A DNA stretch of 64,000 nucleotides, taken from assembly GCA_049287205.1 (NCBI GenBank), contig JBAQFJ010000001.1:767041-831040 (forward strand). Reading direction: 5' to 3'. Position numbers and translations under genes: made by a program. This document shows, piece after piece, positions 58,407 to 64,000 of the stretch. The stretch's first letter is position 1; each line of letters opens with the position of its first letter. Under the pieces are notes generated by a model. That model searched no databases. It saw nothing but the letters and a program-made list of their open reading frames with translations, and was not told where the DNA came from. Source of the DNA: Microgenomates group bacterium (GTDB taxonomy: Bacteria > Patescibacteriota > Microgenomatia > UBA10105 > UBA927).

Positions 58407-59290
58407 AAAACGTTGCTGTATTTGTTCCGATTCTTTTTACCGGTACATTTTTCCAGCCAGAATTTTTTCTGCCAACGCTCTGGGCTTTTATTGCATTCTG
58501 CTGTTTTTCATCAAGTAGTTATATCGTCAATGACATTCTTGACGCACCACATGACAGAAAACACCCGTTTAAAAAATTCAGACCTATTGCAAGCGGCAAA
58601 CTTCCCGTATCCACTGCCGTTATTATTGCAATACTCTTATTTACCATTGGTATAGGAATCGCAGCGTCGCTTGGAACAACATTTTTATTATTATCCATCG
58701 GTTTTACAGCACTACAATACGGATATTCATTTGTTCTCAAACATATTGTCGTCATTGATATTCTGGCTATTACCGCAGCATATTTTATCCGGGTATATGC
58801 GGGAGAAGCGGCAACAGGATATCATATTTCTATCTGGCTCGCGCTTGCCGCTCTTTCTCTCGCATTGTTTTTGGCAACAGGAAAGCGTCGGGCGGAACTG
58901 ACCCTTCTTCAGGGATATGAAGAAATACTGCCTAAAGATACGCGTGCAAGCCTCTCACATTATTCAGAAAAATTATTGGATACATATACGGCGATGTTTG
59001 CAAATTCCACCTTCATCACCTACGCCTACTATACATTTTTGGAAAAACCATCCAATGTCGGCCTTTTTTTCAAAAGCTATGCTGACTTCACAACAGCTCT
59101 TCCTGACCGTAAATGGATGATGATAACTATACCATTTGTTTTATATGGCATTATGCGATATATGCAACTTATTTATGAAGGAAAAGGGGAGTCACCGGAA
59201 AAAATTTTAACATCAGACATTCCCCTTTTAACAACGGTTGTCTTGTGGGTAGGATCTTTAATTTTCGTAATCTACGGAATCGGAGGATAA
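58352..59290 (+). CDS. UbiA-family prenyl-phosphate 5-phosphoribosyltransferase (decaprenyl-phosphate phosphoribosyltransferase / DPPR synthase-like)
   Basis: RPRQWLKNV and NDILDAPHDRKHPFKKFRPIASG closely parallel the Rv3806c-type NDxxDxxxD block. It overlaps the preceding gene by 55 nt. Confidence 0.75.
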   Translation: MGQLLFAIFKTTRPRQWLKNVAVFVPILFTGTFFQPEFFLPTLWAFIAFCCFSSSSYIVNDILDAPHDRKHPFKKFRPIASGKLPVSTAVIIAILLFTIGIGIAASLGTTFLLLSIGFTALQYGYSFVLKHIVVIDILAITAAYFIRVYAGEAATGYHISIWLALAALSLALFLATGKRRAELTLLQGYEEILPKDTRASLSHYSEKLLDTYTAMFANSTFITYAYYTFLEKPSNVGLFFKSYADFTTALPDRKWMMITIPFVLYGIMRYMQLIYEGKGESPEKILTSDIPLLTTVVLWVGSLIFVIYGIGG

Positions 59291-59296
59291 ACCGAA

Positions 59297-60232
59297 TTAT
59301 TCAACATTTTTGACGTACTGGCCGGACACCCATCCCAATATTGTTCCGTCTTTTTTCAGCTCATACCATGTTGTTCCCGCACTATCTTCCTCAGTTTTCT
59401 CATAGGCATATTTCTCCCCCGGCTTCACCTCAGCTGATTTGGTCGCAGTTTTTACCGGTCCGGTTCTGACATTCAAAAACCCAGTCGGGGTATCAAGAAT
59501 TAATGCGTATGGCTTCTCTGGTTCATCAATAAGCCCCGCTGTCCCTGTCGGGGTAACTTTTCCTGTGGTTTTTGGAGTTGGCTTCAGAGTTCCCGATATA
59601 CTTGCAACTGCACTTGTCGTCGCTGTTGGCGTTTCTTGTACTTGAGAAATAGAAGTCAATGCAAGTTTCAGCGCCGCAACGAGGCGGTACCCTGGTGTTA
59701 ACTGCACTTTCATTGTCCGAGTTAAAAAGCCTTGTGATGTGATGGTAATGGTGTGACTCCCCGGAGTAATATCGGGAATTATAATTGGCGTCATCCCTTT
59801 TGTCTCATCATCTAAAAGTACGGTCGCGCTGTCAGGCATGGTTGTCACAGATATTTCTGACTTTTTTCCGCTGATTTTTTCGAGCCATAACACGTCAACT
59901 GCTGTAGAAAGCTCAGACTCAGACATATCTGCTTTCACATATGTAAGAAGGTTTGGTCCGATAACAATTTTTCCCTGCCAACTGGCATACTGCGTGCTCC
60001 CAGATTCAGGTACAATTTTTAATGTATATTCCCCTGCATCCACTTTATATGAACTCTCGCCGATTGGTGTTCTTCCTATATGTTTGTTATCCAAGAATAC
60101 ACTTGAAGTCGGATTGCTCTCAACCCGCAGATCTCCCTGCTTTGATGACTTTCCCGAAACCATTTTAATAACCGTAATGATGATTGCGACAAAAAGAAGT
60201 GTTCCGATGAGAAAGAAGATTTTTTGCTTCAT
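59297..60232 (-). CDS. Secreted/membrane-anchored PEGA-domain protein with a C-terminal SH3b-like domain
   Basis: Two PEGA-like repeats (VESNPTSSVFLDNKHIGRTP, TTMPDSATVLLDDETKGMTP). The C-terminus WYELKKDGTILGWVSGQYV is SH3b-like. Start is at MKQKIFF. Confidence 0.6.
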   Translation of the reverse strand: MKQKIFFLIGTLLFVAIIITVIKMVSGKSSKQGDLRVESNPTSSVFLDNKHIGRTPIGESSYKVDAGEYTLKIVPESGSTQYASWQGKIVIGPNLLTYVKADMSESELSTAVDVLWLEKISGKKSEISVTTMPDSATVLLDDETKGMTPIIIPDITPGSHTITITSQGFLTRTMKVQLTPGYRLVAALKLALTSISQVQETPTATTSAVASISGTLKPTPKTTGKVTPTGTAGLIDEPEKPYALILDTPTGFLNVRTGPVKTATKSAEVKPGEKYAYEKTEEDSAGTTWYELKKDGTILGWVSGQYVKNVE

Positions 60233-60280
60233 GGCATCATCGATACTAGCACAGGAAGACGCGACAATCAATAAATTTCT

Positions 60281-61159
60281 TTATAACGTCTTTATCCATG
60301 AACAGATTGTGACAGCCAAATCTTGTTCATATCCTTCAAAACCATGCAGCGCACCAGACATAATCAAGCTTTTATATTTGGAAGAATTCGTTTTTCCGTC
60401 AAAGACTTTGATAACATCAGCAACCGATCTGTCTACATGTTCATCTTTTTCTCCAAGGATTACAAACAACGGTTTCTTAATTTGAGAAAATATTTTCATC
60501 TCAGGTTTTTCATCACCATAATCAAATACATCTTCCTTCGATCCTTTTTCAAACAGACTTATATACCGTTTCGGTGTCATCGGAAAAAAACTGTATCCTG
60601 TGAACAATTCATTTTCTTTCCCCTCAGTAATCATTTTTTTCATGAACACGAGCTCCCGTTCAACCTGTTCTTTTGGTTTTGTTAACCGATCGCTTGTTGA
60701 GGAATTCAGTACCACGCCAAGCACACGTGGATCATCAACCGTGCCTGCGTAAAAACACACCTTGTTTGCTCCGGTTGACCGCCCCACTAACACAACATTC
60801 TTGTATCCAAAATTTCCCAAAAATGTAATCCCTGCATCAATATCTAAGACACATTCTTCAAATACTTCCTGTCCGGCACCTCCTGGAACATGATTAATGC
60901 CAGTAAGTGCTGTCGGATCTTTTTTTTGAATTCCTGAGATAAGATTAAATCCTCGATTATTAAACGATGCAAATCCTATTCCCGTTTGCTCTCCAATTTC
61001 CGCAAATGCATCACAGGTTCCCATGTGACCATGAAATACACTAGAAAGTCCATGTACATACAATATGGCGGTACCGAGTTTTTCCTTCGGCTCAAAATAA
61101 AGACCCTGATGAAGTAAATCATCTGTTGTTTGACACTGCGCTATATAATATTTGTTCAT
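60281..61159 (-). CDS. Alpha/beta hydrolase-fold protein
   Basis: HGLSS...VGRSTG (GxSxG) and a late His. Start is at the ATG MNKYY, with a 4-nt overlap with the upstream MTase gene. Confidence 0.6.
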   Translation of the reverse strand: MNKYYIAQCQTTDDLLHQGLYFEPKEKLGTAILYVHGLSSVFHGHMGTCDAFAEIGEQTGIGFASFNNRGFNLISGIQKKDPTALTGINHVPGGAGQEVFEECVLDIDAGITFLGNFGYKNVVLVGRSTGANKVCFYAGTVDDPRVLGVVLNSSTSDRLTKPKEQVERELVFMKKMITEGKENELFTGYSFFPMTPKRYISLFEKGSKEDVFDYGDEKPEMKIFSQIKKPLFVILGEKDEHVDRSVADVIKVFDGKTNSSKYKSLIMSGALHGFEGYEQDLAVTICSWIKTL

Positions 61160-61788
61160 ACTTTTTTTGCAAAACAATCAATCCATTCTTTGGAGTGTTT
61201 CCCATTAGCATACGCCTTGGTCAATCCCACATCAATCACTTCAATGTCCCCAAATCCCGCATCTTCACAATATTTTTTTAAAAGGGGAGCCGTAAAAAAT
61301 GAATAAAATCGTTTTTTCCCCGACATACTCGGTTCCTCAATATATGCTTCCCCTTCGCCTTTTTTTGCATGGATATACAATACCCCACCTGGTTTCAAAA
61401 GAGAATAAAAACTCGTAAATACAACAGGCAACTCTTTGTGTTTTATATGGAGGATTGATGCACATGACCAGATACCGTCAAACATATTATCTTCAAACGA
61501 CAGATGACGCATGTCGGCGCTATAGAATTTTGCTTTCGGTGCAGCGATGCGTGCAATTTCTAATAGTTTTTCTGCAATATCCAACCCAATAACCTTAAAC
61601 CCCTGTTCACTAAAAAATGCGCTATCTCTCCCCGACCCACAACCCACATCAAGGATTTTTCCACCTTTGGTAATAAGTGATGCAAACAGTTTTCGCTGCA
61701 TCACCGGCCCGTGATCAAGAGCCTGCACAGCATAGCTGTCGGCAAGCGAATTATAAAGATCGATCGTTTCATTCAGATAATCGGCCAT
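61156..61788 (-). CDS. Class I SAM-dependent methyltransferase
   Basis: Motif I ILDVGCGSGRDS. Confidence 0.8.
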   Translation of the reverse strand: MADYLNETIDLYNSLADSYAVQALDHGPVMQRKLFASLITKGGKILDVGCGSGRDSAFFSEQGFKVIGLDIAEKLLEIARIAAPKAKFYSADMRHLSFEDNMFDGIWSCASILHIKHKELPVVFTSFYSLLKPGGVLYIHAKKGEGEAYIEEPSMSGKKRFYSFFTAPLLKKYCEDAGFGDIEVIDVGLTKAYANGKHSKEWIDCFAKKV

Positions 61789-61791
61789 ATG

Positions 61792-62658
61792 TTACGTTAA
61801 AATCGTCTTCAAAAATGTTTTCGGATATTTATCAGCAAGTAGACTCATTGCCTCATTTTTAGATACCCATCTATATTCAGTATGTTCTTTATTTAGAATA
61901 ATTTCCTCTTTTTTTATAAGTGCTCCTGCATACACAGCAAGTAATAATTTATTGCCGGTAAATTTATTGGCAAAATTTGATACTGTCACTCCAAGTAATG
62001 CGTTTATCTTATACATGGTAATTCCAATTTCTTCTTCTATTTCTCTTGTAAGTGTTTTGTCCATTGCCTCTCCTTTATTCACTCTTCCCCCTGGAATATC
62101 CCAATGCACTTTTACCTTATCTCGTACACATTCATTTTTATCTTTTAACAGTACAAGATACTTACCTTGTTTATTTTTCAGTAACAACTTCACTCCAACA
62201 TTAAACACCTCATGTTCCCTCATTGTTTCTACATCTTCTAACGTGTGATACTTTTTAATATCTATCTGCGTGATGATAGACAATGGTTTGGGAAGATCAT
62301 CCAGCGCAAACCATCCAATTGCATCACATTTTGTTGGCTCCATGATTTTTGGAACTTTATTATTCTTAATTCGACAAATGAATGACGTTGGAACCCAATG
62401 TTGGTGATCATCAGGAATGATATGATCTGCTGCAGGAAGTTGTTTTTGAATTTCCAGTTCAATACCCAGTTCTTCCTTCATCTCACGGATAATGGCATGT
62501 TCTAATGTCTCACCAAATTCAACTGCTCCCCCTGGCGCTTCCCAACATCCTCGTTCATTTTTCGCCTGCTGACTCCGTTTACACAATAATATTTTCCCCT
62601 CTTTGTTAAAGATGAGTGCACCAACGGAAATGCCAATATAATCAATTCCTGCTTTCAT
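61792..62658 (-). CDS. Tandem double-Nudix hydrolase
   Basis: Two Nudix boxes, GGAVEFGETLEHAIIREMKEELGI and GGRVNKGEAMDKTLTREIEEEIGI. Confidence 0.8.
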   Translation of the reverse strand: MKAGIDYIGISVGALIFNKEGKILLCKRSQQAKNERGCWEAPGGAVEFGETLEHAIIREMKEELGIELEIQKQLPAADHIIPDDHQHWVPTSFICRIKNNKVPKIMEPTKCDAIGWFALDDLPKPLSIITQIDIKKYHTLEDVETMREHEVFNVGVKLLLKNKQGKYLVLLKDKNECVRDKVKVHWDIPGGRVNKGEAMDKTLTREIEEEIGITMYKINALLGVTVSNFANKFTGNKLLLAVYAGALIKKEEIILNKEHTEYRWVSKNEAMSLLADKYPKTFLKTILT

Positions 62659-62672
62659 ATCCGTATTCTAAC

Positions 62673-62697
62673 AAAAACCCCCCAATGGGGGGCTTTT
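62673..62697 (-). terminator. Rho-independent terminator downstream of groEL (CCCCCC-AAT-GGGGGG with a flanking T/A-run)
   Basis: aaaaaCCCCCCaatGGGGGGcTTTT. The T-run on the minus strand follows the stem. Confidence 0.7.
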
Positions 62698-62765
62698 GAA
62701 TTTATAATTCAATATGAGTTTATCCCACTTCGCCAAGGCTACGCGGGACTTCCGCCTCTCGGGCT

Positions 62766-64000
62766 TCAGTAATCCATTCCACCCATGCCGCCCATACCTC
62801 CCGGCATGCCACCTGCTCCTGTTTCTTTTTTCTCAGGAATATCAGTGATGAGTGCTTCTGTTGTCAGAATCATCATACCGATGGATGCAGCATTCTGTAC
62901 TGCCGACCGTGTCACTTTTGCCGGATCCAGGATTCCAGCAGCGATCATTGGCTCAAATACGAGTGTCATTGCATTGAATCCAAAATCAGCAACTTTTGAC
63001 GCTTCGATCGTTTTTAACACCCAACCGTCATCAGCTCCTGCGTTTTTGGCAATCCATCTGACCGGTTCGCCCAGTGCTGTGTAAAGAATATCGAGTCCTG
63101 TTTTTTCATCCTCTACCATCAACGTTTCTTTTAACTTCAACAGGGCTGCTCGGGCACGAAGGAGTGTCACTCCACCTCCTGCGACAATTCCTTCTTCAAT
63201 TGCTGCTTTTGTTGCAGCAACTGCATCGAGCACGCGCTCTTTTTTATCCTTCATTTCCACTTCTGTTGCGGCTCCGACGTTGATGACAGCTACACCACCG
63301 CCAAGTTTTGCAAGTCGTTCCTGCAACTTTTCTTTATCAAAATCACTTGTTGTGGTATCAAGTTCGCGTCTGATTTGTGCCATACGAGCTTTGAGTGCTG
63401 CAGCCGGTCCTTTACCACCAATGATGCGACAGTTATCTTTATCTGCCCACACTTTGTCTGCACGTCCACAGTCTTCCACAAGTACTGTGTCAAGTTTCCG
63501 TCCGGTATCTTCGGAGATCACTGTTCCACCAGTTAACACCGAGATGTCTTCGAGCATTGCCTTTCTTCGATCGCCAAATCCCGGCGCTTTGATTGCAAGG
63601 ACATTAAATGTTCCTCGCATCTTATTCACAACCAAGGTTGCAAGTGCTTCTGCATCAATCTCATCTGCGATGATAACCAGATTCTTTGACACTTTGATAA
63701 ACTTCTCCAAGAACGGAAGAAGATCAGCGATAGCGGAAATTTTCTTGTCGGTGATAAGGACATACGCATCAGCAATTTCTGCTTCCATCTTGTCAGCATT
63801 GGTCACAAAGTATGGACTTGCATACCCTTTATCAAATTCCATTCCTTCTTTGTATTCAATTTCCATCGTGAGTCCTTTTCCTTCTTCCACTGTCACGACG
63901 CCATTTTTCCCGACTTTTTGTAATGCTTCTGCAATGAGCCCTCCAATTTTTTCGTCCTGTGCAGAAATCATGGCAACTTTTGCAACATCTGCTTCTTTGA
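62766..64000 (-). CDS. groEL: Chaperonin GroEL, 3' portion (N-terminal part lies beyond the right edge)
   Basis: Apical and equatorial domain sequence and the C-terminal GGM repeats ([15 protein letters not shown]). Confidence 0.95.
   Translation of the reverse strand, partial: KEADVAKVAMISAQDEKIGGLIAEALQKVGKNGVVTVEEGKGLTMEIEYKEGMEFDKGYASPYFVTNADKMEAEIADAYVLITDKKISAIADLLPFLEKFIKVSKNLVIIADEIDAEALATLVVNKMRGTFNVLAIKAPGFGDRRKAMLEDISVLTGGTVISEDTGRKLDTVLVEDCGRADKVWADKDNCRIIGGKGPAAALKARMAQIRRELDTTTSDFDKEKLQERLAKLGGGVAVINVGAATEVEMKDKKERVLDAVAATKAAIEEGIVAGGGVTLLRARAALLKLKETLMVEDEKTGLDILYTALGEPVRWIAKNAGADDGWVLKTIEASKVADFGFNAMTLVFEPMIAAGILDPAKVTRSAVQNAASIGMMILTTEALITDIPEKKETGAGGMPGGMGGMGGMDY

Noticed and set aside
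1-64000. CRISPR arrays, tRNA and rRNA genes
   Set aside because: I saw no regularly spaced direct repeats and no tRNA-like cloverleaf signatures (GTTCRANYC T-loop) in the few intergenic spacers over 100 nt (3841-4323, 9480-9628, 10034-10212, 40993-41245). Nothing resembling rRNA was found.

Overview
This 64-kb window is a gene-dense stretch of bacterial chromosome with low GC content and short intergenic spacers. My inference is that it comes from a monoderm, CPR/Patescibacteria-like organism, because the housekeeping proteins are compact (IF-2 is 484 aa, HrcA 244 aa, MetRS 477 aa), many carry low-complexity tails, and several surface proteins end in sortase-like C-terminal signals. Three classes of gene dominate. 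Housekeeping and stress genes: typA, rnj, a Lon AAA+-only protein, pnp, rpsO, nrnA-like, infB, nusA, the hrcA-grpE-dnaK-dnaJ operon with a CIRCE operator, murJ, rpsT, tpiA, metG, tatD, rmuC and the groEL 3' end. Defence and DNA-metabolism genes: a small island (about 12.8-18.3 kb) holding a membrane-anchored Mrr-like nuclease, an MmeI-like Type IIG/IIL restriction-modification fusion of 1084 aa and an uncharacterised PD-D/ExE nuclease-like protein, plus two UvrD-family helicases elsewhere. Envelope genes: a 26.4-38.5 kb cluster of PilN/PilO-like genes, a GH39-like hydrolase, an LCP protein and five secreted proteins, three of them Cys-rich paralogs with TP-rich linkers and a conserved PxxG-GVGPG-TM C-terminus. 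There are also tandem FemAB paralogs and a lipid-linked glycan cluster (GT2, GT2, GT-C, WecA/MraY-like, UbiA-type DPPR synthase). The most unusual observation is an identical 41-bp imperfect palindrome inserted in frame into both nusA and grpE, encoding the same peptide PARNASQSDAGGE. I found no rRNA, tRNA or CRISPR array. Coordinates of small regulatory features were counted by hand and may be off by 1-2 nt.
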